Below, piece after piece: positions 55,358-64,000 of a stretch of DNA of 64,000 nucleotides (its first letter is position 1; each line of letters begins with the position of its first letter). Made by a program: the position numbers and the translations under genes. Source of the stretch: a virus (taxonomy: Duplodnaviria > Heunggongvirae > Uroviricota > Caudoviricetes); the IMG/VR virus record IMGVR_UViG_3300001199_000001, positions 197,404 to 261,403 of that record. One strand, 5' to 3'. The notes beneath the pieces were generated by a model, which saw only the letters and a list, made by a program, of their open reading frames with translations, was not told the origin of the DNA and did no database searches.

Positions 55358-55618
55358 ATGACCATGGACGAGCGCGGCGTACATCTCACGCACTGCAACC
55401 AGGGCGAATATCTGGGAGGCTGCAAGTACGGCGAGGACGCCACTTGCCCGGCGCTAGGCGGTCCTTGTCCGCCGCATCTCTTTGTCCCCGAAGACGCTGG
55501 GCTGAGCGACGGTTCATGTTGGATGGGAAGCGGCGTGCCGCTCCATTTCAATTCCTGCACGAAGTGCGGCGAGCGGCGCGGGCCGTTCATGGCGGCGGAC
55601 TACGGCGAAGGATATTAG
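55358..55618 (+). CDS. Cys-rich hypothetical protein
   Basis: HC...GCKYGEDATCP...CTKCG. Confidence 0.6.
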   Translation: MTMDERGVHLTHCNQGEYLGGCKYGEDATCPALGGPCPPHLFVPEDAGLSDGSCWMGSGVPLHFNSCTKCGERRGPFMAADYGEGY

Positions 55619-55677
55619 GTGTTGACAACATAGCGTTAGTCGATTATTTTGGTCTATCGAATTGCATCGGAGCCGTC

Positions 55678-55893
55678 ATGGCCGAATACGAAGTCAAGCT
55701 GCCGATCACCGGCTTCATCTACACCATGGTCGAGGCCGAGAGTGAGGAAGAGGCTATCAAGAAGGCAATTTGCGAAGGTAACTATACCTTTAACGACATC
55801 GAAGAGTGGGATGTCCGCGAGAAGGTTATCGAGGGGAATTTCTGGCATGGCGTCGGTAGTCCGCGCGCTTCGGCGACTGAGGTTTCTGAATGA
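55678..55893 (+). CDS. Hypothetical protein
   Basis: ATG after GGAG; VEAESEEEAIKKA. Confidence 0.65.
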   Translation: MAEYEVKLPITGFIYTMVEAESEEEAIKKAICEGNYTFNDIEEWDVREKVIEGNFWHGVGSPRASATEVSE

Positions 55894-57375
55894 TTGAAGC
55901 TTTGAAGCTTAGGGCAGCGGCATGACCGAATTTCTCACCCCGAACGTCAGCCTCCTTTGCAAGCTCGCGTCCGTCGCGGTGCACGCCGATGAATTCCTAT
56001 CATCGGACGGTCACGAATTCGACCGCGTTGCGCTGGACTCGGCCTTACGTGATCCGGAGGTCGCGCGATGGATTGAGCAGATGACGGAAGCGGCGTTGGC
56101 GCCGAGGAAGCGATGACCGAGCACGTCGACCTTATCGAAACACTGAAAGAGGCCGATGATGCCCTTCGCATCCTAGCTGACAGGCTGTTTCCGGTCTGAG
56201 GGAGTTGGCCGATGCTGAAGATGTTCTACGGGTATGAAGAGACCAAGGATTTTCGCAGAGGTGTGAAACTCAATGCGATGGATCGCGATATTCCCGGCTG
56301 GCGGGAGATGAAACACACCAACGGTGCACCGAAGTTCAGCCCGACCGGGACGCTGCTTGACGACAAGGGTAATCGGTCGATCTTCGATGACGTGGGTGAA
56401 TAGGGACGAAATGATCAAAAGCACTCCCCCGGCGCCCATATTCTGGCGATCTGTAAACCATCAAGGCTGGTCAGCGGGTGCGGTGTTCCGGCCCGTGGCC
56501 TTCCTCGTCGCCAAACACGACAACTGCGCTGGGGTCACAACGATGCGCGCGGACATGCGGCCAAGGTTTTAGGGAAGAAATCATGACCGGCGACGACGAA
56601 CTCCTGAAAGCCTTCTATTACGCGCCATGGGGCGCGGCTAAGGGCGCTGTCTGGGAGGATGTCTTCGGCGGTTACAGCGCCGTGGACTTCGATGCCTTCA
56701 TTCAGCGGCGCTGGAAGCTGACGGACGATGACCGGCAACTGATCAGAATTGTGACGGAGCGCTGATGACCGATCCACAGCTACAACTCCTCCAAGCCTGC
56801 GTCAAAGCCGACCGCGCCTATCGCTCGGCGCTGGCGGCGGGCGACCCGTGGACGAGCAACGATCATCGAGGCGTAGAGATTGGCGCCTTCACCGGTTTTT
56901 CTTCCCGAACCGCTGATGCTCTGGCGGCAGTAGGGTTGATCGAGTTGGTCAATCTCAGGGGAAAAAACAACTACGCTTTTTTAGGCGCCTACCATCCGGT
57001 TGATGAGGTTGAACTATGAACGATGTCCCGCCTGTCGTGCTTGTCGCCCGAAATGCGACTATTGCTGACTTGGTGCAGCAATGCGCCGAAGGAAAATTAC
57101 CGTTCTCTGGGCCGGATTCCCTACACTCCAAGGTCCATGCCATGGGCTACAAGACGACCAGTCTTTATGAGATGGTGATCGCGGCTGAGGCGGCGCTTAA
57201 AAATGACTGAACTAGCGTACGAGACCATCACCGAGGCAGGATCGTCAGTGACCGTTCAGAAAACCTCTCCTGACAGCTTTATGCTGATCGTCGATGGCGC
57301 CTATGGGACATCCTCCGTTTCCCTAGATCGCGCTGAGGTTAAGGAGATCATGCGCGCTTTGAGGGTGTTGCTGAA

Positions 57376-57810
57376 ATGAGCCTGACCTGTAAGACCTGCC
57401 ATCGCACAGATTGCAGCATGCTTTCAAACGGCGACTGCTATGACTGCTATCGGCCGAAACAAGAGGCGTGGCAGAAGAAACTCGCCGTCCGGCAGGACCC
57501 GGCGCAGTTTGATATCGGCAAAATCGTCAGGGTCTTGCTTCGCTTTGTCTGGCAGCACGAATGCGAAATCATCCGCGATTACATGCCGCCATTTCCGCAA
57601 AAAGACACCCGACCGACTTGCGTGGTTCGCTGGCGCAAGGATGAGAACGCTTCATACGACTACCTGCGTTACAGCAATGGCCCGGCGCAGGGGTTCTTTT
57701 GGGATGTCTACGGCGATGACATGCACTCGCCGGAGCTTGCCCTACTAGCGCTTTCGCAGGCTCCGCCGCCGACCCGAATTGACTACTGTATTCCAACGCA
57801 TGGGAATTGA
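57376..57810 (+). CDS. Hypothetical protein with N-terminal Cys motifs
   Basis: CKTC...CYDC. Confidence 0.65.
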   Translation: MSLTCKTCHRTDCSMLSNGDCYDCYRPKQEAWQKKLAVRQDPAQFDIGKIVRVLLRFVWQHECEIIRDYMPPFPQKDTRPTCVVRWRKDENASYDYLRYSNGPAQGFFWDVYGDDMHSPELALLALSQAPPPTRIDYCIPTHGN

Positions 57811-57811
57811 G

Positions 57812-58318
57812 ATGTCCGACCTATTAGACGAACTCAAGACCATCACCGCGCACAGCAAGCGTTCGATTTTGCGGGCCATGGTGACGAACTACGCAGAGGG
57901 CAACCGTTGGGACCATCTCGATGCTGAGGCCTGCACTAAGGCGGCTGACGAGATTGATGCTCTACATGTCTTCTCACTACGCCTGTTAGAACAGCCCTGG
58001 CGGGATATGGCCGAGGCTCCGAAGGATGAACCGATCCTCGCATGGTGCGTGCACGAAGCCGATCCATATCACCTTCCAAACGGCAATCTCACCCTCTACG
58101 GCGGCCATGTCGAGGGACTGTCGCACGTCGAGGACGGGCCAAACATCTTGGTCTGGGGCGGCGGGTGGAACGACCAGTCGTGGGAGCACGACGGCGGCTG
58201 GATGCCCGATTGGTGGTTTCAAAAGGGCAGCGAGTTCGAAATCGCCGCTTACCCGGTGGCGTGGATGCCAATTCCTAAGCCTCCGAAAAACATCGCCGTC
58301 GTGAAGGATGAGGCATGA
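57812..58318 (+). CDS. DUF551-like phage protein
   Basis: PWRDMAEAPKD ... PVAWMPIPKPP. Confidence 0.7.
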   Translation: MSDLLDELKTITAHSKRSILRAMVTNYAEGNRWDHLDAEACTKAADEIDALHVFSLRLLEQPWRDMAEAPKDEPILAWCVHEADPYHLPNGNLTLYGGHVEGLSHVEDGPNILVWGGGWNDQSWEHDGGWMPDWWFQKGSEFEIAAYPVAWMPIPKPPKNIAVVKDEA

Positions 58319-58575
58319 CCGATCAACAGGACCCCTACTCGCAATACGTCAATTTTCTAGAGCCCGGAGTTAGGATGCGTGGCCCGTGGTTTTATCTCAA
58401 CCTCCCCGTCGTCCAGCACACCGGAGCCGTGCATGAACACGGCGATAATGTGGTCATCGAAGATACGCTTGTTCGCCGTATCGTCATGCCAAAGGCGGCA
58501 TACCACGCCGCTATAGCCGAAAGAAAAGCCGCGTTCGGCGAGATGATGCAATCAAGGATGGGTGGGTAAAAGCTG

Positions 58576-58604
58576 TTGACATACATCGTCTGCCGGTGTA
58601 ATCT
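58576..58604 (+). promoter_or_regulatory. Sigma70-type promoter, leaderless
   Basis: TTGACA-N17-TAATCT-N7-ATG(58612). Confidence 0.75.
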
Positions 58605-58611
58605 TTAGCCC

Positions 58612-58836
58612 ATGAAAAAGCAAATCCTCGCCGTTCTCGCTCTCGTGATGCTCGCTGCGTGTGTCAAAGCCGACACTGTCGGCGTCACGGAGGTGCAGAA
58701 AGCCACGGCGCTAACCGATGATGTTTCGAAATTCTGTGACGAAGGACGGGTTATCTATACCCTGATCACCAGCACCGGCTCAGCCATCGCGGTCGTCACA
58801 AGAGACCACGTCTCCGACAAGGAGTGTCCGCAGTGA
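58612..58836 (+). CDS. Small putative lipoprotein
   Basis: MKKQILAVLALVMLAAC lipobox. Confidence 0.7.
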   Translation: MKKQILAVLALVMLAACVKADTVGVTEVQKATALTDDVSKFCDEGRVIYTLITSTGSAIAVVTRDHVSDKECPQ

Positions 58837-59185
58837 ATCTGGATGTTATCTTCGTCGTCGTCTGGATGGTGACGCTGTTGTGTACCTCAGTCGGGCTGTG
58901 GAATTTCGGTAAGAACCACACTACCCCCTGGTATTATTTTCTTTTGGCGTCGCTCGGCTGGGCGCTGCTGATCGTCTTCTGGTTCAACTGATGAAAATCA
59001 TCTCGAAGTTCAGGCATAGGAAGTGAGACTACGGACGGCCAACAACAGGCGGCGGCGGGCGCTTAGACGTGTCGCTCTTGTTAACGCCCGTTTGTATGAC
59101 GAGCAGCGTATTGAGCGTCTGATGAAAACAGGGCGGCACGATAAGCGTGCGAATAGCGGATACATCCGAAAGTGGAGGAAAAGGA

Positions 59186-59398
59186 ATGACCAACGACCAA
59201 ATCACCACCCTCGCCAACTACCTGACCGATAACACCCGTGTGGTGAAGCATTCGGTGGGCCTTTCGCTGAGCGGTATCGCAAGGTCAGAGGCGGGCGCCT
59301 TTTATGGTTTGCGGGCGGCGTTCGGCGTCAGCGGGTACGCGACGGCGGCGGAAGCTGAGGAAGCGATCCGCGCGACGAGCGAGGCGGTGGGAGCATGA
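59186..59398 (+). CDS. Hypothetical protein
   Basis: RBS GGAGG/AAGGA. Confidence 0.6.
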   Translation: MTNDQITTLANYLTDNTRVVKHSVGLSLSGIARSEAGAFYGLRAAFGVSGYATAAEAEEAIRATSEAVGA

Positions 59399-59607
59399 CC
59401 AGAGCAGAGCACCTAGCGTGGTCTAAAAAGCGCGCGCTCGAATATGTCGATAGAGGCGATCTGGCGCAGGCCCTGGCCTCGATGGTCTCCGACATGGGCA
59501 AGCACGACGAGTGCGGCTACCCGGATTTTCTGAATCAGCTTGGCTTGATGGAAGTGATGAACAGCAACCGAGACGGGATGCGTCGCTGGATCGAGGGGTT
59601 CAACTAA
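59395..59607 (+). CDS. Hypothetical protein
   Basis: RAEHLAWSKKRALEY...SM.SDM.KH...RWIEGFN phage-type motif. Confidence 0.7.
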   Translation: MTRAEHLAWSKKRALEYVDRGDLAQALASMVSDMGKHDECGYPDFLNQLGLMEVMNSNRDGMRRWIEGFN

Positions 59608-59652
59608 ATAAAACCTGTTGACATCTGTGGTAGGATTCTTTAAAGTCTCCCT

Positions 59653-60318
59653 ATGAACAACGGAGCGCAGATGACCCGACCGGCATTCGATGAGACCCTG
59701 TCCGATCTGGCGGACATCACCGCCACGGTGAACCGGACGGTTGCGCAGGCTTCCGCTGAGAATCCATCCATTGTGACCCTGACGATTGAGTCGGGTCTGC
59801 TTCAGCAAATCCTGACAGCGGCCTCGCTGCACATGTCGGACTTTCCGTTCGTGCCTAAGCCTGAGGTCGGCGAATACGCCGATATAATCGCTGAGAACAA
59901 CGTCGAAGCTCAGGATTGGCATTGGCGTATGCGCGATGCGATTGAAATTGTAGGCGCCCGCGCCAGTCAAGCGGCTCACCCAGATTCGGGGCGCGGCAGA
60001 CAGCGGGAACTGGGGCTTGCGACGGATCGTAAGCACCGCGCGCTGTTCGCCAAGATGGATGCTGAGCAGCGCGAAAAGGCTGAACAGACTGAACCGAACA
60101 CGGCGGAGGGCTTGAAGGCTCGTTGGGAGGCGTTGAATGTCTCACCTCTTGGAGACGCGAGCTTCGTCGACCTGATGGCTACCCTTTTGCAAAACACGAG
60201 TCCTCTGAGCCATGAGACGGCCTGCCGTCTTTTTGAGAAGGTCCGGAGAGAAGCCAGTCGCGCTAACAAGGCGGAGAAGCGTGTAGTGGCTGCCGTCACC
60301 GCGCTGCAAGGTATTTGA
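59653..60318 (+). CDS. Hypothetical protein
   Basis: Follows TTGACA promoter. Confidence 0.7.
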   Translation: MNNGAQMTRPAFDETLSDLADITATVNRTVAQASAENPSIVTLTIESGLLQQILTAASLHMSDFPFVPKPEVGEYADIIAENNVEAQDWHWRMRDAIEIVGARASQAAHPDSGRGRQRELGLATDRKHRALFAKMDAEQREKAEQTEPNTAEGLKARWEALNVSPLGDASFVDLMATLLQNTSPLSHETACRLFEKVRREASRANKAEKRVVAAVTALQGI

Positions 60319-60362
60319 TTAAACCTGTTGACATTGATCTATAGGCGGGGTATCTTAGCGGC

Positions 60363-60719
60363 ATGATCGACAACGCAGAATACTACGCCAAGGAACTGGA
60401 ATGGGTCGCCGGTCGGCTGCGAGACGGGCGTGCGGGCGAGCACGAGATTGCGGACCTAGTTAACGTCATACGGGTGATTCGCGCTGCAACGCCACCGACT
60501 TCCCCCGAAGGCGAGGTCATTCGGCAGTACACCGAAGCGAAGGAAGCTGAGACGATAGCGGCTGGCGCTGTGTCAGCGTATTTTAAACCGATAATCAAAA
60601 ACGCCGAGACGGAATCCGAGGCGAACGATATCCTTCTACGTATGCCGAGCATCGTTGAGAAGTCATTTGCTATCGACTACTTCGTCAACGTCTCCAAAAT
60701 CCTGCCGAGGAGAGCCTGA
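60363..60719 (+). CDS. Hypothetical protein
   Basis: Leaderless: TTGACA(60328)-N17-TATCTT-N6-ATG. Confidence 0.7.
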   Translation: MIDNAEYYAKELEWVAGRLRDGRAGEHEIADLVNVIRVIRAATPPTSPEGEVIRQYTEAKEAETIAAGAVSAYFKPIIKNAETESEANDILLRMPSIVEKSFAIDYFVNVSKILPRRA

Positions 60720-60973
60720 TGTTCACCGGCCTCGAAATCATCCAGATCGATATGATCGGCTGCCGCATCGCCATCGAGGAGCATCCCGATGACGCGCCGT
60801 GCGATGTTTGGTCGGAGGATATCGTCGCGAGAGCGATTAAGGAATATTTCTCCGACTGTGAAGAATGGTCGGACAACATGCTGCCGGGGGCCATGGCGTG
60901 GTACAAAGAGGCCAAGGCCGTTGACGATTTCGCGCGCGATCTGGCGTGCCTTATGGTGGGAGCGAGGCGATGA
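60719..60973 (+). CDS. Hypothetical protein
   Basis: Coupled (TGATG). Confidence 0.6.
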   Translation: MFTGLEIIQIDMIGCRIAIEEHPDDAPCDVWSEDIVARAIKEYFSDCEEWSDNMLPGAMAWYKEAKAVDDFARDLACLMVGARR

Positions 60974-61329
60974 CTGACACGGCCCCGAAAATGGCGTGGA
61001 ACCCTCCGAGCGAAGAACAACTCGTGGCGGATCAAATTGAGTTTCAGCAGATTTATAGGGACGCCCTGCGCTGGCGCGCGCTCATGCGCTGCCCGCAGAT
61101 CAAGATGCAAGGCTCGGCTGGCGTTGATCCGCATACCGGCGAGCGGACCGGCGGCAACGTTCATTTTGGCGCCGAGTTTTGGCCGGACCCGCAAGGCGAG
61201 GATTTCCGGGCAAACAACCCGAAAAGCGCCGAACATATGGACAAGTCGACGGCCTGGGGCCGGGCGTGTCTCGTGGCGCTCGCCGATGCGATTGTCGAGC
61301 AGGAGGCCAAGCGTGACAAGGAAGTTTAA
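60970..61329 (+). CDS. Hypothetical protein
   Basis: RDALRWRAL motif; ATG 60970 after GAGG. Confidence 0.65.
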   Translation: MTDTAPKMAWNPPSEEQLVADQIEFQQIYRDALRWRALMRCPQIKMQGSAGVDPHTGERTGGNVHFGAEFWPDPQGEDFRANNPKSAEHMDKSTAWGRACLVALADAIVEQEAKRDKEV

Positions 61330-61720
61330 GGAACTGGTTGACGACCTAGACAATGTGTTTGATGTCGAAATCAGAAACAGCCTCGCGTTCCGTGTGTTGA
61401 TCGCAACTGTGGCCGATCAAAACGACTTCGACGCGAAGGGTCAGCTAACCAGCAATCAAGAAACGATCTTAGCGCAGGCCGAATCTCTGTTTAAGATCAA
61501 GGTTTTATCGGCGTTGATCGCCTTGGAGGCTGATCGTGTCATATAAGCACGGCCTCCTCTCCGACGACGAGCTTAAAGCAAAGCTGAACAGCGCCTTTTT
61601 GGTGGCATCGATTTTCACCAAGAACGATCTCGTCAAGGGCGTGTGCCGCCGCAAGACGGAACAGGCGATCAAGAAGGCGTTGGTTCTGGAAGATGAAGCG
61701 GCCCGCCGTGGGTTGAAGCT

Positions 61721-62116
61721 ATGACCGCTACAGGAACGAGAATGACCCTGACATCCGCCGCTGTGGAAGAAACCTTCCTCGCCTGTCTGGCTGGCGCTGA
61801 TCCCGATTATGTCGCCGTCGAGGGCGTCGTCAGTAACTTCGGACTGAGCAAGACTAAGCTTGCCGAGAACCGCAGCAAGATCGAGGGCTGGATTGCTGAG
61901 CTTGCCGACGAGTTCCACACCACCAAGGGCGGCGGCATGTCGTTTCTACGGCTTTGCCTGACCCGCGACGGCGAGCAGTGGACCGGCCTACACCGTTCGC
62001 AGGAACAGCTTTACGTCCTCGCCGCCGGGCTTGGTCTGGCGAGGTTCGTACTGCCCCGCGAGATGTGGAGCGCGCTGCCGGGCGGCGTGCCGTATATCGC
62101 TTTTGATTCGCCGTGA
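61721..62116 (+). CDS. Hypothetical protein
   Basis: GGGMSFL..C...DGEQWTG.H...EQL...LPGGVPY. Confidence 0.75.
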   Translation: MTATGTRMTLTSAAVEETFLACLAGADPDYVAVEGVVSNFGLSKTKLAENRSKIEGWIAELADEFHTTKGGGMSFLRLCLTRDGEQWTGLHRSQEQLYVLAAGLGLARFVLPREMWSALPGGVPYIAFDSP

Positions 62117-62391
62117 AGTTACGCAACGTCTTTCTCGCCCTACGCCACCAACTCCCGCTAGGCCGGGCCTTCCGTAACTTCGTTATCACGCGCAACGCCT
62201 GGGGGATGTTCCACCAGAATTCGCATATCGCTCAAGGAAGCGGCAAGCCTAAGGTCGAGTATGGATCGCTGGCCAGCGCTGAGAAAGCTGCCGCGTCTAT
62301 GCAGAAGAAACACGGCGGCGCGTTTCGACCTTACAAATGCGTCTTCTGTGACGGCTATCACATTGGCAAGAACAAGACTGGCACTTTTTAA
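62113..62391 (+). CDS. Zinc-binding hypothetical protein
   Basis: KVEYGS..SAEKAA...YKCVFCDGYHIG. Confidence 0.7.
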   Translation: MKLRNVFLALRHQLPLGRAFRNFVITRNAWGMFHQNSHIAQGSGKPKVEYGSLASAEKAAASMQKKHGGAFRPYKCVFCDGYHIGKNKTGTF

Positions 62392-62452
62392 GCTGTTGAC
62401 ATATATCCCATAATGCTTTATTATTCAGGCATTAACGGATAGGGAGACAGAG

Positions 62453-63049
62453 ATGGCCGAACGCGACAGCCAACGTAAAAAGCTCTACACCGCCGAGCGT
62501 GTTGCGCTCGAACCGCTGGCCATTCCTCTGCTGACGACCGACGATGTCAAAGCCTACCTCGTCAAGCAGTTGAGCCGAGCCACGCTGCAACGGCGTTACG
62601 GCAATGTCGTCGACCTCAAGGAGTGGGGTCTGACGGTCGCCGATGGCCGTGGGACACGCCGGGCGCTGGCCTACGGGACGTACAAGATCAGCCTGCCGCT
62701 ATGGGCGCGGACCGATTGGGTGGCGCTGCATGAGGTCGCCCACGTCATCCACGACCGTCTGAGCAGCACGCGAGCGCGTCGCGGCGACCGGAACTGGGAA
62801 CTGCGGGGCGGCGCGGCGCACGGCTGGCAGTACGCCGCCATTTATCTCGATCTGGTCCGCTACATCAAAGGCAAGGAAGCGGGCGACGCCCTCAAGGCCG
62901 CGTTCAAGGCGCACAAGGTCCGGTTCCGGCCAAAGCAGAAGCGGGCGGTGTCCGTAACCCCGGAGGTCTTGGCGGCGCGTCTGGAGAAGGCGAGGACGGC
63001 TAAGGTGGCGAAGAAGATTCAAAATGAGGTGGTTAATGTATACGGCTGA
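62453..63049 (+). CDS. SprT-like HExxH metallopeptidase/metallohydrolase
   Basis: VALHEVAHVIH...AHGWQYAAIYLDLV. Confidence 0.75.
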   Translation: MAERDSQRKKLYTAERVALEPLAIPLLTTDDVKAYLVKQLSRATLQRRYGNVVDLKEWGLTVADGRGTRRALAYGTYKISLPLWARTDWVALHEVAHVIHDRLSSTRARRGDRNWELRGGAAHGWQYAAIYLDLVRYIKGKEAGDALKAAFKAHKVRFRPKQKRAVSVTPEVLAARLEKARTAKVAKKIQNEVVNVYG

Positions 63050-63322
63050 CGACGCCCGAAAGGGTAACATGGACGAGCTTGACGCGCGCATCGAGCGTGC
63101 GGTTCGGGAGGGTGGCGGTAACTTCGCTTACCTGCGCATCTACATCGAAGACTCGTTCGTGCATACGATCAAATACGAGCTTGAGCGGCGCGGCTTCAAG
63201 AACGTCGATGTGCCGGACATCATCATCAAAGGCGATGTCTATTTCGAGTGGGATTAGATTTAGACTGTTGACATCATCCTGACGGTTGGCTATAGTCCAT
63301 CATCATCGACGCAAGGGACGCC

Positions 63323-63748
63323 ATGAACGGTTATCTTCAAGCCCATTACGACCAGCAGCAAGCCGAGATCGCCAAATATCTTGAGGGCATTGTCGGCGTG
63401 GTCGAGGCGACCCGCTTCGAGAAGCACGCCTTGTGGCGCGAGTACCATTATCAGCCGCGTGAGGGTTTCGCGCGGTATGAATGGAAAGATACCGGCGGCG
63501 GCTATTTCATTACCGTCGGACACGTCGTTGAGAGTCCTGTCTGTATCTCAATTGAGACATCCACGGTTAATGGTCACAAACTGCTTTTTTGGCACGCGAC
63601 CAGTCAGATGGTTGATCACGTCATGATCGACAACTGGCTCAAGGACAACCTACCGCAGTCGGCAAGGCAGGCGCATAACCCGCAGTACCTGAACCAGTCC
63701 GACCCGACGAATTTCCACAATGTCTTCCCGCGCGAGGTGGCGGCATGA
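63323..63748 (+). CDS. Hypothetical protein
   Basis: Follows TTGACA promoter; VEATRFEKHALW...LFWHATSQMVDH. Confidence 0.7.
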   Translation: MNGYLQAHYDQQQAEIAKYLEGIVGVVEATRFEKHALWREYHYQPREGFARYEWKDTGGGYFITVGHVVESPVCISIETSTVNGHKLLFWHATSQMVDHVMIDNWLKDNLPQSARQAHNPQYLNQSDPTNFHNVFPREVAA

Positions 63749-64000
63749 TTCGCAAGTTCACAGCCGAGGGCCGTTTCGAGTGCGGTCTCGATGCGGTCGT
63801 TAAGAACAAGGTCTACGCTTTTGTCGCGGTCATAGGCCAACACAACCCGGCTGCGCTGGGCGTGGCTATCGCCAATGAGGCGGGCTATGTGCCGATCCCT
63901 GAGCACTGGTGCTACGGCGATGACTATCATGAGATGGAGGAATACGCTGACGAGTTGAACGCGGCGATGGACCTTACCCCGAAGGCCTCAACGATCATCG

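Noticed and set aside
1-64000. Stop-codon reassignment
   Set aside because: Recognisable proteins (Thg1, ABC, GH16, Pth2) are full length in the standard code, and TAA, TAG and TGA all end genes with normal coupling.

Overview
Segment of a large (probably jumbo) lytic dsDNA phage genome, most likely infecting an alphaproteobacterium of the Caulobacter/Brevundimonas type. The host inference rests on a tandem GcrA-like gene, an ExsH-like glycanase and many leaderless sigma70 transcripts. No structural, replication-core, rRNA, CRISPR or integrase genes are visible. Genes run almost entirely on the minus strand to about 53.9 kb and on the plus strand after that. They form many short transcription units, each behind a TGTTGACA-N16/17-TAnnnT promoter. 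The left ~15 kb holds a tRNA/translation-repair cluster (RlaP-type nucleotidyltransferase, Thg1-like guanylyltransferase, three Pth2-like genes, YqeY, two aberrant tRNA-like RNAs), a GH16/Calx-beta/RTX glycanase, and a five-gene ABC transporter/OmpA/PspA-like cassette. The most striking element is a ~1.1-kb promoter-driven, highly base-paired non-coding RNA (about 24100 to 22985, minus strand). It has a boxA-like leader, domains closed by 10-19-bp helices, two circularly permuted tRNA-elbow modules and one anticodon-less tRNA mimic. A separate tRNA-Phe-like gene carries a 168-nt structured insertion in its anticodon arm. All assignments come from reading the sequence by eye; no database searches were run.
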